A stretch of 64,000 bases of DNA from Octopus vulgaris (GCA_951406725.2 OX597833.1:13392001-13456000), one strand, 5' to 3'. Positions 1 to 13,350 are shown, counted from the stretch's first letter. Notes: generated from the sequence alone by a model not told the origin. Translations and numbers: made by a program.

Positions 1-29
1 AAAAAAGCTCAAAATAAAATTATATATAT

Positions 30-73
30 AGTAGCAGAGATACCCGGCGCTGCACGGGATTAAAATGGCATAG

Positions 74-104
<31 letters not shown>

Positions 105-689
105 TACAGTTATGTTGAAACAGGTGATACGGGAAAGTGCAGCATTGACAACAAAACCTAGGCCCCAACTGGTCATGGAAATTAGGGGTGGCAGGTATAT
201 GATTTTTGAACGCACCGAAAAGCTGTCAGTGGATATACACTCCTTTGAGGCAGTCGGCGCTGCGTCTAACACGACCCATTGTCTGAAGTTTTGACATCTT
301 CGGGTTTGTTGTCCTACATCACTCATAGAGTAAATTTGGAGGAACTGTGGTTGTTCATTCGCGGGTACTAGAGAACCAATGAGGGGATAGACTTGCCCTT
401 GAACTTTGAACGTTGGCGTAAATCCATGTTCAACTATGTCCTTAGATGCACCAAACGATGTCATTTGAAATGCAGGGTTGTATTGTCTGATATTGTTCAG
501 AAAATCATTTGACTGGATGACAATGCCTTCCAGAAGATCTATAAGAGGTTGAGGTGGAGCTGGTAGTCCTGGCAATCTTACCTTACCGCCTGAGCAGCGC
601 ATACCATTAGTTTCATTTGAACATTTGGGGTAAGTTTCAGCTCCCTTCTGTATTGAGACTCCACCTGACGTACTACAGTATGCCTTCAA
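30..689 (-). mobile_element. Internally deleted Helitron: RepHel N-terminal fragment plus 3' terminal hairpin
   Basis: ORF 60..689(-) has CSGGKVRLPGLPAPPQPLIDLL..FLNNIRQYNPAFQMTSFGA..FKVQGQVY.LIGSL.P...PQFLQIY, typical of the region upstream of the Helitron Rep domain. The minus strand ends CCCGTGCAGCGCCGGG (hairpin, 43-58), then TATCTCTG-CTAC, close to the CTRR end. Confidence 0.8.
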
Positions 690-1109
690 AGATGTTGGAA
701 AAATCTCATCTCCCTTCTCTCTTGAGACTCCATTTGACGTGCTGCAACATGCGTTCGCTGATCTTAAGAAAATCTCATCTCCTTTCTCTCTCTTAAGACT
801 CTCGCCTTCGGTTTTCTACAATCTTCCTTGCTTTACAGTAGTTCCTTGAGAAATTACATCTTTTCCTTGGTGGCATCTTTCAGTATTGTAAATAAAAAAT
901 TATGGACATCGAAAAAAATTATACACTAATCTCAATTTTTGTAAGCATGAGTATGCATTTGCGCTCTTCCTACAGCATTAAAAGTATTTTAACTCTTATT
1001 TCTAGCAATGTATGTATGTGCTCCGGCACCTTCAGTCACATTTAGTGACGATTGAATTTTTCCTTTATGGTATCACATTGCACCTAGGTGTTTATATTAA
1101 CTTTAAAAC

Positions 1110-1172
<63 letters not shown>

Positions 1173-1239
1173 ATAAGAGTAGCTCGTATACGAGTGGGTA
1201 TATATTTGTAAAAAATGAAGTTTGAAAATGCCGCTATAA

Positions 1240-1450
1240 ATATGCCCTTTTAAAGCCTATCCAGGCTCATGGGCCCGGTTTCCCGGTTCCTATGGCGCAT
1301 GTGTTCCCCAGCTGGACGGGACGCAAGTCCATCGCAGCGTTACTCATTTTTGCCAGCTGAGTGGACTGGAGCAATGTGAAATGAAGTGCTTTGCTCAAGT
1401 ACACAACGCGTCGCCCGGTCCAGGAATCGAAACCACAATCTTACGAACAT
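1240..1450 (-). mobile_element. tRNA-derived SINE, 5'-truncated (CORE/V-like central domain)
   Basis: Minus strand has B-box GGTTTCGATTCC, then GTGTACTTGAGCAAAGCACTT, GCGATGGACTTGCGTCCCGTCCAG and a GGAACCGGGAAACCGGGCCC tail shared with the SINEs at 13351 and 52869. Confidence 0.7.
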
Positions 1451-1454
1451 GGTG

Positions 1455-1508
<54 letters not shown>

Positions 1509-1784
1509 AAGTATCCTTCCAAAATGCCTGCGGGATCCGCATGGTGTGGGCGTAGGTGTCATCAAAACAAATCTGGATCTCCTCTTGTCAAGGGTTCCGG
1601 ATGAACCTACCTCACAGCAAGAAAAACAGATGAGAGCAGCTGCATCAAACTCCCTCGTTCGCTAAATACCACATATCAGAGGAGGTTTGAAATATAAGTG
1701 TTGCAAAGTCAAGGGAGGTGCCCCAGCATGGCTGCAGCTGTCGAACTGAAGCTAAAGTGTTTTATATATATATATTCATTTATT

Positions 1785-2185
1785 TTTTCATTTACTTGTT
1801 TCAGTCATTTGACTGCGGCCATGCTGGAGCACCGCCTTTAGTCGAGCAAATCGACCCCGGGACTTATTCTTTCTAAGCCTAGTACTTATACTTACGGTCT
1901 GTTTGCCGAACCACTAAGTTACGGGGACATAAACATACCAGCATCAGTTGACAAACGATGGTGGTGGGGCTGAACAAACACAAACACACACACACACACG
2001 CATATATATATGTGTGTATATATACGACGGGCTTCTTTCAGTTTCAGTTTACCAAATACACTCACAATGCTTTGGTCGGCCAGGGGGTATAGTAGAAGAC
2101 ACTTGCCCAAGATGCCACGCAGTGGGACTGAACCCGGAACCATGTGGTTGAGAAGCAAGCTTCTTACCCACAGCCTCGCTACGCC
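1785..2185 (-). mobile_element. SINE family A (tRNA head, CORE-like segment, internal microsatellite, CAGCATGGCCGCAGTCAAATGACTGAAAC tail)
   Basis: Reverse complement of the same ~400-bp consensus seen at least 12 times in the window. Confidence 0.9.
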
Positions 2186-2189
2186 TCTG

Positions 2190-2506
<317 letters not shown>

Positions 2507-2621
2507 CATACATATATTGATAGAAATGGTAAGACAACAAAAGAATGAAAGAGACTTCGATATTATGCAAATAGAGGAATTTATCTGTAAATGTAATATG
2601 TGACAATTATTCGGTAGCCAT

Positions 2622-2682
2622 GATAGAACTCCGAGTTTAGGATGTCGGGCCGGAAACCCACGCCACCATCTCTTCAGTTATA
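2622..2682 (-). ncRNA. Degenerate hammerhead ribozyme in a TA-flanked element (2518-2700)
   Basis: Minus strand CTGAAGA-GATG...CATC-C-TAAA(GAAA mutated)-CTCGGAG-TT. Stem I is poor. Confidence 0.4.
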
Positions 2683-2987
2683 CGGCCATCGGAAAAATGA
2701 CTCAAACAAATAAAAGAATAAAAGAATATATATATATTGTGTGTGTGTGTGTATGTGTGTGTGTGTGTATGTGTGTGTACGTATCAGGAATCTATGTATA
2801 CAAATGAATGGGTGAGGGGTAATTTTCTTTAAGCTAGCGTCCTTACAGTTTAAAAGTCATCTGCTCCAAATACACGCACACACGTATGCACGCGCACGCA
2901 CACCGGAAGCTTAAACAAAAAAAGCTAAGTATTCTCAAAGCATCCTTCTAATGTTACAAGTTTGTTTCATTTGCAATGCTTCCGCCG

Positions 2988-3082
2988 TGTTGTTGTTGTT
3001 GTTGTTGTTGTCATTGCCGTACTTATTTTGTTGCAGTTGATGTTGTTGTAGCTGCACACCATCTGTAGTAGTCGTAGTAGTC

Positions 3083-3117
<35 letters not shown>

Positions 3118-3166
3118 GGTGGTGGCGGTGGTGGCGGTGGTGGCGGTGTTGGTGGTGGTGGTGGTG

Positions 3167-3211
<45 letters not shown>

Positions 3212-3318
3212 ATGGTGGTGGTGGTGGTAGCAGTAGTAGTAGTAGTAGTATGGTGGTGGTGGTGGTGTGGTGGTGGTGCTGGTGGCGGTGTTAGTAGCGG
3301 CGGCATCATCATCCTCAT

Positions 3319-3399
<81 letters not shown>

Positions 3400-3490
3400 G
3401 GTAGTGGTAGTGGTAATAGTAGTAGTTGTAGTAGTAATAGTAGTAATAGTAGTAGTAATGGTGGTGGTAGTTGTAGTAGTAGTAATGGTG

Positions 3491-3534
<44 letters not shown>

Positions 3535-3644
3535 GGTAGTGGTAGTTGTTGTAGTAGTAGTAGTAGTGGTGGTAGTGGTAGTAGTAGTAGTTGTTGTTGT
3601 AGTAGTAGCAGTAGCAGTAGTAGTAGTAGTAGTAGTAGTAGTAA

Positions 3645-3687
<43 letters not shown>

Positions 3688-4148
3688 TAGTGGTGGTTGT
3701 CGTTTGTTGCCAGGGTCTCCAGTTGTTGCCCTTACAATTCCTAACACAATCACAAACTCCTTTCCTCTTCTGTCTTCTAAATTTTTCCTGGTCTCTTCAC
3801 ATGAATCCTACCCCCCACCCCAATCCCCCTTGGGTGTGGCTCTGTGCCAGAGAAGCATCACTTGCCGTCGAGGGTAGCGGAGGTGGTGGTGGTGGCGACA
3901 GCTGTGGCGATTATGGTGGTGGTGGTGCTGGCGGCGCTGATGGTGTTGACGATGTTGCTGGTGGTGATGGTAGAAGCGAATGTTGTGGCGATGGCGGTGG
4001 TGGTGGTGATGATGGTGGTGGTGGTGGTGACAGTGGTAATGGTGGTGGTGGTGAGAGCAGAGGCGATTGGATTAGAGTTTGTGGTCGTCGTAGTAACGGC
4101 GGCGACGCTGATTGTGTTGTTGTTGTTGTTGTTGTTGCAGTTGCAGTT

Positions 4149-4179
<31 letters not shown>

Positions 4180-4560
4180 TGATGGTGGTGGTGGTGGTGG
4201 TGGTGGTGTGGTGGTGGTGTAATATTAGATGTTAAACTAATGGTGAGAATATCATTCGTGGTGGTGACGTTGTGGTATGGTGGTGGTAGTGATATGGCGG
4301 TGGTGGTGATGGTGGTGGTGGTGGTGGTAGTGGTTGTGGTGTTGGTGGTTGTCATGGTAGAGGTCGTTTTGTTGGTTGTGGTGATTGTGGTAGTGGTATT
4401 GTTGATGGTGATGGTGGCGGCGGCAGTAGTGGTGTTGGTGATGATGATGATGATATCGGTGGTGGCGGTGGCAGTGGTAATGGTGATAATGGTGGTAGTG
4501 GCGGTGGCGACGGCGGTGCTGGTGGTGGTGGTGGTGGTGGTGGTGGTGATGATGAACTGT
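2988..4560. repeat. Compound trinucleotide tract (GTA/GTG/GTT/GAT)n
   Basis: Directly visible. It generates the poly-V, poly-T, poly-G and poly-H ORFs. Confidence 0.95.
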
Positions 4561-4699
4561 GGGAATATTGGTTATTGTTGATGTGATGGTAAAGATATCA
4601 GTAATGGTGGCTGCGAAGGGTGGTTGCGGCGGAAATCGTGCGGAAGTCTGTTGAGCATACACACACACACACTCACACACAGAATTGTTATATACATAT

Positions 4700-5076
4700 A
4701 AAAGGTTATAAAATAATGAAGGCGACTATATGCAACATAAACCCAAAATAGAAAAGCTTAATTGTCACTAATTGTGAATTAGGGTACGGAGTAACACCTA
4801 CATCGCTAGAAACAAGAACCAAAGACCCTTATAGCCGCAAAGAGAAGCACATGTCTATGCACCGACTGGGGAGATAACCGCCCCGCAGCAAGTAAGATCA
4901 CCATAGGCGCAGGAGTGGCTGTGCGGTAAGTAGCTTGCTTACCAACCACATGGTTCCGGGTTCAGTCCCATTGCGTGGCACCTTGGGCAAGTGTCTTCTA
5001 CTATAGCCTCGGGCCGACCAAAGCCTTGTGAGTGGATTTGATAGACGGAAATTGGAAGAAGCCCGTCGTATATATG

Positions 5077-5145
<69 letters not shown>

Positions 5146-5812
5146 GTGTGTCTGTGTCTGTATCTGTGTCTGTGTTTGTCCCCCCAACATCGCTTGACAA
5201 CCGATGCTGGTGTGTTTACGTCCCCGTAACCTAGCGGTTCGGCAAAAGAGACCGATAGAATAAGTACTAGGCTTACAAAGAATAAGTCCTGGGGTCGATT
5301 TGCTCGACTAAAAAGGTGGTGCTCCAGCATGGCCACAGTCAAATGACTGAAACAAATAAAAGAGAGTAAAGAGTATACTAGTCTAGTTTCGCTTAAAATT
5401 AATGCTCATCACTGGTGACTATTCCATCGCTGGATGGTTTGGCTAAATCCCAACTGTTAGTATATAGTATTTACCATATGAATCAATGGTTTATTCAACA
5501 AAATGGTAATCTGAAGATTATAAAATAACGAATGTGGTTATACGCAATATAAAACCAAGAAGAAAAAGTTCAATTGTCCTTAATTGTGACTGATGTTGCA
5601 GGGCAGCTTCCGTATTGCTAGAAATATGAGTCTAATCCCTTAGAATCGCAAAAAAGCAGATGTCTATGCACTGACAGGGAAGATAACCGCCCCACAGTCT
5701 AGTTTCGCTTAAAATTAAAGCTTACCAGTGGCGACTGCACCAGCGCTGGATCGTTTAACTAAATCCCGACTGTCAGTATAAAGTAGTTACGATCTGAATC
5801 GATGGTTCATTG
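4700..5812. repeat. Diverged ~317-bp tandem dimer, first unit split by a SINE
   Basis: ATGTCTATGCAC..GATAACCGCCCC.CAG at ~4852 and ~5660. AGTCTAGTTTCGCTTAAAATTAA at ~5380 and ~5697. Confidence 0.75.
4906..5373 (+). mobile_element. SINE family A, full length
   Basis: GGCGCAGGAGTGGCTGTGCGGTAAG (A box), GGTTCAGTCCC (B box), ACCTTGGGCAAGTG, internal (TA)(TG), tail GACTGAAACAAATAAAAGAG. Confidence 0.92.
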
Positions 5813-5873
5813 TCTGTTGATAGACATGTGCTTCATTGCGGCTCTAACCGTTTTGACTTATTTCTATAAATGA

Positions 5874-6494
5874 TTATATGTATGTATATATGTATGTCCT
5901 ATGCATGTATGTAGTTACGTATGCATGTATGTATGTATGTATGTATGTATGTATGTATGTATGTATGTATGTATGTATGTATGTATGTATGTATGCATGC
6001 ATGTATGTATGTATGTATGTATGTATGTATGGATGGATGGATGGATGGATGGATGGATGGATGGATGGATGGATGGATGGATGGATGTTTGTATGTATGA
6101 ATATATGTATGTATGTATGTATGCCTGTATGTATGTATGTATGTATGTATGCATGCATGTATGTATGTACGCATGCATGTATGTATGTATGTTTCTATGT
6201 AGGTATATATTTATGTATGTATGTATGAATGTATGTATGTATGCATATATGTATGTATGCATGTATGTATGCATGTATGCATGTATGTATGTATGCATGA
6301 ATGTATATATGTATGTATGTACGTATGTATACATGCATGTATGCATGTATGTATTATGCATGCATGCATGCATGCATGAATGCATGTATGTATGTATGTA
6401 CGTATGTATGTGTGTATGTGTGTATGTATGTATGTATGTATGTATGTATGTATGTATGTATGTATGTATGAATGTATGTATGTACGTACGTATG
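5874..6494. repeat. (TATG)n/(TGGA)n tetranucleotide tract
   Basis: Directly visible. Confidence 0.95.
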
Positions 6495-6582
6495 TTATTC
6501 AGTTTTATTTCAAGATTTCTTGCCCATAGAGAAAGAACCAGTTTCTAACCTAGATCCAAGACTCCTTCATTGACATTTCAAC
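6495..6582 (-). mobile_element. 3' UTR end of the RLE-type LINE also at 14060 and 49000
   Basis: AGTTTTATTTCAAGATTTCTTGCC..AGAACC.GTTTCTAACCTAGATCCAAG matches 49006-49065 and the reverse complement of 14455-14512. Confidence 0.8.
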
Positions 6583-7211
6583 ACACATACAACCAGACTT
6601 TAAGTACTGAGGACAAAGTGATGGACTCAACCCGCAAAGGCAGCACTACAGCATGGCCGCAGTCTAATGAATTACAAATTGAGACTCTTACAAGAATAAA
6701 TGAGAACAAATTAGAAAAAATATATTAGAAAGGATAGACTTAGTTCGGGAAACTTAATCCTTTTAATTTCCTATAACATTATGGTTTTGTTTAGAATTCT
6801 AGCATTTGTTGAGATAAGAGACATAAACCCGAAAAGGGGTTGACGCTGGGTGGAGGGTGGGGGACAGAAAGAAATAGGTTAATGTCCGGAAACTGGAACA
6901 ATAAAGAACGAAGATGACGAGAAGTTAAACGAAAGAATCATTAAAACAAAACGATTGCTTCCAGGTGGGGTTGGAAAAAGTTTGAGTGTGTGCGTGAGGG
7001 GAAGAGAGAGGGAGAGAGGGGGGAGTAAGGGTGGGTGCATTAGATGCAAGGCGCAGGTGTGCTCGTGAGGGGGAGAGGTCTTGGTTCCTTATTACTACAA
7101 GGATTCCGGGTTTGGTCCCACTGAGTGGCACCATCGGCAAATGTCTGCTACCATAGCCCCCTGCTCGATCAAAGCCTTGCGAGATGGATTTGATAGGCAA
7201 AAACTGAAATG

Positions 7212-7288
<77 letters not shown>

Positions 7289-7289
7289 T

Positions 7290-7590
7290 ACCGTGATTGA
7301 CCAGGCTATCAGATGTTGCTGCACATCGCTGGTCACAATGCGCTTCGCATTGTTTTAGCCTTCAAATGACGCCACCCCGCTGGCTAAGCGAGCAGGCCAA
7401 CTGAAGAAATAGCGAGAGAAAGTCGTGGCGAAAGCGTACAGCAGGGATCGCCACCAACCCCTGCCGAAGACTCGTGGAGCTTTGGGTGTTTTCGCTCAAT
7501 AAACACTCACAACGCCTGGTCTGGGAATCGAAACCGCGATCCTACAACCGCGAGTCCGCTGCCCTAACCACTGGGCCATTGCGCCTCCAC
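7290..7590 (-). mobile_element. tRNA-derived SINE, family E
   Basis: Minus strand head GTGGAGGCGCAATGGCCCAGTGGTTAGGGCAGCGGACTCGCGG..GGTTTCGATTCC. The tail is also present as a fragment at 45690-45795. Confidence 0.85.
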
Positions 7591-7670
7591 ACACACACAC
7601 ACACACACACACACATGCTGGCCACTTGATAATATCGATATTTAAATTTCGACATTATCCTTATTTATAA

Positions 7671-7702
<32 letters not shown>

Positions 7703-7706
<4 letters not shown>

Positions 7707-7933
7707 AATTGCAGCGTGGACGGTGTTTATAAGACATTTAAGAAACACAAAAACCGTTAGATTCACTTCAGCATTTAAATTTAATTTGCCAAAATATTTT
7801 CGTCGCTTTGAGACCGCGTCCTGTTCACTGACAACATTCCGTGAATGGCTTATAAACACCTTCCACGCTGCAATTGTTTTCGCTCCAGCACACAATCTCA
7901 GATCAGGTCACTTGCCATGCAAGTACATCTCCG

Positions 7934-7935
<2 letters not shown>
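7703..7935 (+). mobile_element. F2 HHR element with inverted 5' segment
   Basis: 7703-7738 is an inverted repeat of 7844-7879. Minus-strand HHR at 7786-7834 with core GUGAACA. Flanked by (TA)n on both sides. Confidence 0.75.
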
Positions 7936-8003
<68 letters not shown>

Positions 8004-9387
8004 AGGAAGGGTGCTTGTGTGTGTCCTCACCACCGGTTGACAACCTGTGTCGGTTTGTTTACATCGCCATATGTATATATGTATGTATTTATTTTGCTTG
8101 TTTCTCTCTTTAGCATAGTGTTGACCAATTACCTTTTCCTTTCTCTTCGTCAAGTCACAAAGCTCCAGACAGAGCATAGCTGTTGCAGGATGTTGACAGC
8201 GCCGAGCAATGCCGATTTGTTTTAAGATGACAACATAAGGTTTAGCATTTAGCTTTTTCATGTGCGTTTCAAAGTAAATATCGATGGAGCCAAGACCTCC
8301 AATTACTATTGATGCAACTTCAGCCTTTCTGTTCTACGATCTGGAAGTTTTTAATCGTAGCTCCGCATACTTATATACACACATTCACATACGCACACAC
8401 TCACACATACACACATTCACATACGCACACACTCACACATACACACATTCACATACGCACACACTCACACATACACACATTCACATACGCACACACTCAA
8501 ACATACACACGTTCACATACGCACACACACATACACACATTCACATATACATACTTATATGTGTGTATGTATATGTGCGTGTATGTGTGTGTGTGTACAA
8601 GAGGGGATTCCACACAGTTTCCATCTACCAAATTCAATGACAAGGCATTGGTCAGCTCTGGGTTTTAATGGAAGACACTTGCCCAAGGTGCCGAGCAGTA
8701 GGTTTGAACTCGAAACAGCGTGGTTACAAACCGGGCATTTTAACCACACAGCCATGCCTGCTTCGTGGGCAAATAGAAAAATAATGGCTGGAGTAACTTT
8801 GATCATAGTTTATCCAGGCTGGCGTTGAGTTATGGACGACACAATGTATCAAAATCCATGATTCACCCACAATCACCTATCTACCCACCCTGATTTCATC
8901 CCATTTCTTTACCATCTTTTCCCACCCCGTCACAACGTACACCCCCTCCTCCCATCCCATCTGACAACTGCTAATGACAAAGAGATAACATGAAACCAGT
9001 GAATAGAAAACGGGGTGGAGTAACGTGTAAAGATGGAAAAGGGACAGAATTAAAGGCGGGTGGATGAGATAGATGAGACGGGTAGACGGGTGGTTCGGAG
9101 GTGCTGAGGCGGGATCGGGGGCAATTTGGTGTGTGACAACAATTCAATTAGAAGGGCAAAACAATTTTAAAGGATGTCGGTATTTACTACAGGACCGGGG
9201 TGGATGGCGAAAAGCCTACCCCCTAGTGACAGGTGACAATGTCACGTGATTAATGCAGAAGAGAAAAAAAGGCGGTGTAGCGATAGGGTTGGTAGTAATG
9301 GGGGTGATTGTGATGTAGTGGACTATGAACATATATATGTGTGTATACACACACACACACACTCACACACACATATATATATATATA

Positions 9388-9700
9388 CGGAGATGTACTT
9401 GCATAGCAAGTGATTTGTTCTGAGATCGTGTGCTGAAACGAAAACAATTGCAGCGTGGAAGGTGTTTATAAGCCATTTAAGAAACACACAAAAGCCGTTC
9501 GATTCACTTCAACGTTTAAGTTTAATTTGTCAAAATATTTTCGTCGCTAAAATCCGCGACCTGTTCACTGAAATCTGTCAGTGAACAGGTCGCGGATTTT
9601 AGCGACGAAAATATTTTGACAGATTAAACTTAAATGTTGAAGTGAATCGAACGGCTTTTGTGTGTTTCTTAAATGGCTTACAAACACTTTCCACGCTGCA
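9388..9700 (-). mobile_element. F2 HHR element, fold-back (arms 9449-9571 and 9578-9700) plus ~60-nt unique tail
   Basis: Near-perfect ~123-bp inverted arms, TA-flanked, with an HHR on each strand. Confidence 0.8.
9575..9622 (+). ncRNA. Hammerhead ribozyme variant, G3-C8 core (GUGAACA)
   Basis: CTGTCA-GTGAACA-G-GTCGC ggatttta GCGAC-GAAA-ATAT-TT-TGACAG: 6-bp stem I, 5-bp stem II, palindromic AATATT stem III. Confidence 0.75.
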
Positions 9701-9738
<38 letters not shown>

Positions 9739-10386
9739 TAAACACACACGCACGCATATATATACACACATAACAACATACATGATATATGTTTTATTTA
9801 TATAGATATATATATACATATATATTATATATATAAATGTGTGTGTATACGTATTGATATGTGTGTATATCTGTATATAAAATATATGCATGTTTGTATG
9901 TACGCATATGTATGTGTGTGTGTATCTTGTCATCACCGCTTGACAAAGGTAGTCTCCCGGAACCTAGCGGTTCGGCATAAAAGACTTATAGAATAAATAT
10001 GGCCACTGTTTAATAACTGAAGCAAGTAAAAGAAAATATAAAAGAATATATGTGTGAATGTGTGTGCATGCGTGTGTGTGCGCACGCGCGCGTGGTTGTG
10101 CGCGTGCGCATATATACATTTTGGATATACGCTTTTCTTATACACATCTCATTGTTGATGCTGTTCCCTATATAACCACAAACGTAATTCTTTCTCAATT
10201 AAATTGCAGTTCCTTTTTGAGGCTCCGATGAAGCCGTAAGATGTTATGCAGGCACTCAACCATGAGCCCGCTGCCTCTGGTAGCAGAAACGTCTGCAAGC
10301 CAATGAAATACATAACATTAATAATTTATTCCTTTGCATTCTCCTTTTCTTATTGCTGCTCTATATTCAGTCCACACGCACACATG

Positions 10387-10430
<44 letters not shown>

Positions 10431-10910
10431 GTGTGTGTGTATATGCGTGAGCTTGAGTGTGCGTATGTGTGCGCGTTTGTATGTGTGCGTGCGTGTGTAT
10501 ATGCGCGTGTGTGTATGTGTGCGTGTGTGTGTGTGTGTGCGTAGTGTCTGGGTAGTGGAGGTGTGGGGTGTGGCGTTCTCTGGTGCCATACCTGATGTCG
10601 TGGAATGTAGCCATTGTTCATGTCTCACCTGCGCGTCTTTCCTGTGTGACATCGACTTTCATCGCACCACCGATTCTCACCTTTACGGTCGGCATAAATA
10701 TTCTACACTATTGTGTCGGCTTTGAATAGCCTCATCTACGGACACACACACACACACACACACACATACATTCATCTTTCTCTATATATAAGTATACACA
10801 CACGCATACACACATATACATATAAACATATACGTCTTTCTCTAAATACACACACACATGTGTGTGTGTATATATATATATACATATATACACATAAATA
10901 TATGTATATG

Positions 10911-10963
<53 letters not shown>

Positions 10964-11067
10964 ATATATATATATGTATGTATATATATATATATATGTA
11001 TGTATATATATATATATATGTATGTATATATATATATGTGTATATATATATATATGTGTATATATAT

Positions 11068-12082
11068 AGCAATAATAATTCTCTAAAAGGGATATAGACA
11101 GTAACTGCTCGATAACATAAGGGACTAAAGCCATCTGAATATGGCTAGGGACAGGGCAGGGTGGTGGGGGTGTTACTGTTGCATTTAGCCCCAGGCGAAC
11201 ATCGACGTCACCAGAAAGGCTCGACACCGTCACGGTGCCCTTAACCTGCAAAGGGAGGTAATTCCCCGATGAAGCGGAAACCACACACGGACCATGGTTT
11301 CAAGGTGTATTGCCTATCATCGGCGTGTGGTAGGCCTCCGCTTCCTCGACGAATTCTCACTCTGCAGGATTTTCTTATATAGATTTTCAAGCAAAATACA
11401 TTTGCTGATTTCGAAAATCTGTTCGAAAGCAATAATAATTCTCTAAAAGGGATATAGACAGTAACTGCTCGATAACATAAGGGACTAAAGCCATCTGAAT
11501 ATGGCTAGGGACAGGGCAGGGTGGTGGGGGTGTTACTGTTGCATTTAGCCCCAGGCGAACATCGACGTCACCAGAAAGGCTCGACACCTTTGCAGGTTAA
11601 GGGCACCGTGACGGTGTCGAGCCTTTCTGGTGACGTCGATGTTCGCCTGGGGCTAAATGCAACAGTAACACCCCCACCACCCTGCCCTGTCCCTAGCCAT
11701 ATTCAGATGGCTTTAGTCCCTTATGTTATCGAGCAGTTACTGTCTATATCCCTTTTAGAGAATTATTATTGCTTTCGAACAGATTTTCGAAATCAGCAAA
11801 TGTATTTTGCTTGAAAATCTATATAAGAAAATCCTGCAGAGTGAGAATTCGTCGAGGAAGCGGAGGCCTACCACACGCCGATGATAGGCAATACACCTTG
11901 AAACCATGGTCCGTGTGTGGTTTCCGCTTCATCGGGGAATTACCTCCTTTGCAGGTTAAGGGCACCGTGACGGTGTCGAGCCTTCTGGTGACGTCGATGT
12001 TCGCCTGGGGCTAAATGCAACAGTAACACCCCCACCACCCTGCCCTGTCCCTAGCCATATTCAGATGGCTTTAGTCCCTTAT
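11068..12082. mobile_element. 360-bp HHR-bearing repeat (F3): ~1.45 direct units then ~1.38 inverted units, TA-flanked (retrozyme- or Penelope pLTR-like)
   Basis: AGCAATAATAATTCTC at 11068 and 11428 gives a 360-bp period. Inversion point is ~11587. TTTGCAGGTTAAGGG occurs at 11589 and 11948. Copies are near-identical. Confidence 0.85.
11857..11930 (+). ncRNA. Type I hammerhead ribozyme, core CCGAUGA, GUC site (mirror copy 11271-11344 on minus strand)
   Basis: GAAGCGGA..ACACG-CCGATGA-T-AGG caataca CCT-T-GAAA-CCATGG-TC-CGTGT..TCCGCTTC, with extended stem I and palindromic ACCATGGT stem III. Confidence 0.8.
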
Positions 12083-12123
12083 ATATATATATATATATAT
12101 ATATATCGTATTGCCCACATATG

Positions 12124-12175
<52 letters not shown>

Positions 12176-12323
12176 ATAAGTATATATATATATACATGTG
12201 TGTGTGTGTACAAAGAGAGAGAGAGAGAGAGAGAGAGAAATAACAGCCATATTGAAGTGGCGATAAACATTACTTCTCATAGACTTTCTAACTACTTTAT
12301 ATGTGAGTGTGCGTCTGTGCGAA

Positions 12324-12590
12324 GGTGCAGGGCTCAGTGGTTAGAGCATGGGGCTCACAATCACGAGGGAGGGAGTTCGATTCCCGGACCGGGCTGTGTG
12401 TTGTGCTCTTGAGCAAGACACTTTAGTTCACATTGCTCCAGTTGATTCAACTGTAGAAATGAGTTCCGATGTCACCAGTGCCAAGCTGTATCAGCCTTTG
12501 CCTCTCCCTTGGATAACATCGGTGGCGTGAGGAGGGGAGACTGGTATGGAGGGGTGACTGCTGGTCTTCCTTAAACAACCTTGCCCGGAC
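12324..12590 (+). mobile_element. tRNA-derived SINE (CORE-like), older copy
   Basis: GGCTCAGTGGTTAGAGC..GAGTTCGATTCCC..GTGCTCTTGAGCAAGACACTT. Confidence 0.7.
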
Positions 12591-13350
12591 ACGAAATTTT
12601 TTTCCTACGAGAGTTCCGGACCCCAGTTATGAACTCATTTCCGTACAGTCGATCAGAGCTCAACTATCAAAACTGATTTATGAGGGCATAACAAGTGATG
12701 GGCGATAAGATAAGGTCCCTTGGGTAAGGAATGACCATGCTTCTTTTCTCTTTTAAGAATGCTTGTTGTTCTTGTTCGTGTTTCAACCCTGGCTGCCTCT
12801 GCGTAGTTATTTGTGTTGTTGTTTACTTTGTAAAGCAGTAAGGGGAGAGAGTTGCTAGCACATCACCTTCCACCCACATTTTTCCCCTCCACATCTTTAC
12901 TATGTGGGGCCCTAACAAAATCCGATAATAGGTATAGATGCAAATCTATCTAATTACTTGTCTCCTTCTAAAACCAGACACAATTTTGCGATCGGTCGAC
13001 TTACAACACCGTCCTTCATCTTGAGTTTACTTGGCAGAGTGTGTTTTACCAAGAGATTGGTTGTTTTTAACACATTCATGAATGTTATGTTGGGCTTTGC
13101 GTCTAAGCATAATCTGAGAGCTAAACAGCACCTTTCCTTTCACACTTTTCAAGCAATCCTTCAATGGTCTGCCAGCAACGATGCGGTTTCCGCCACCATC
13201 AACCATCTTTCTCCTGGATGTTTCAGTTGGTTGCGCACCAATTGTCTTCATACTGACTAGAGATTTTCGTCCATAGTTCGTATCAATGAATGAATTCAAT
13301 GTGTATTTATAAAACCTTTAAGCAGTTTCCGTACTTTCATATTCGTCAAA

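Noticed and set aside
7520-7590. tRNA genes at SINE heads (also 12324, 13351, 52869)
   Set aside because: A and B boxes run into SINE bodies and no complete cloverleaf acceptor stem is evident.
10221-10301. CCGATGA-A-GC...GC-A-GAAA-CG-TC motif
   Set aside because: Possibly a decayed HHR, but stems I and II are too weak to call.
12960-13300. Possible Tc1 transposase remnant on the minus strand
   Set aside because: Only a GGG motif and vague spacing, too degraded to support.
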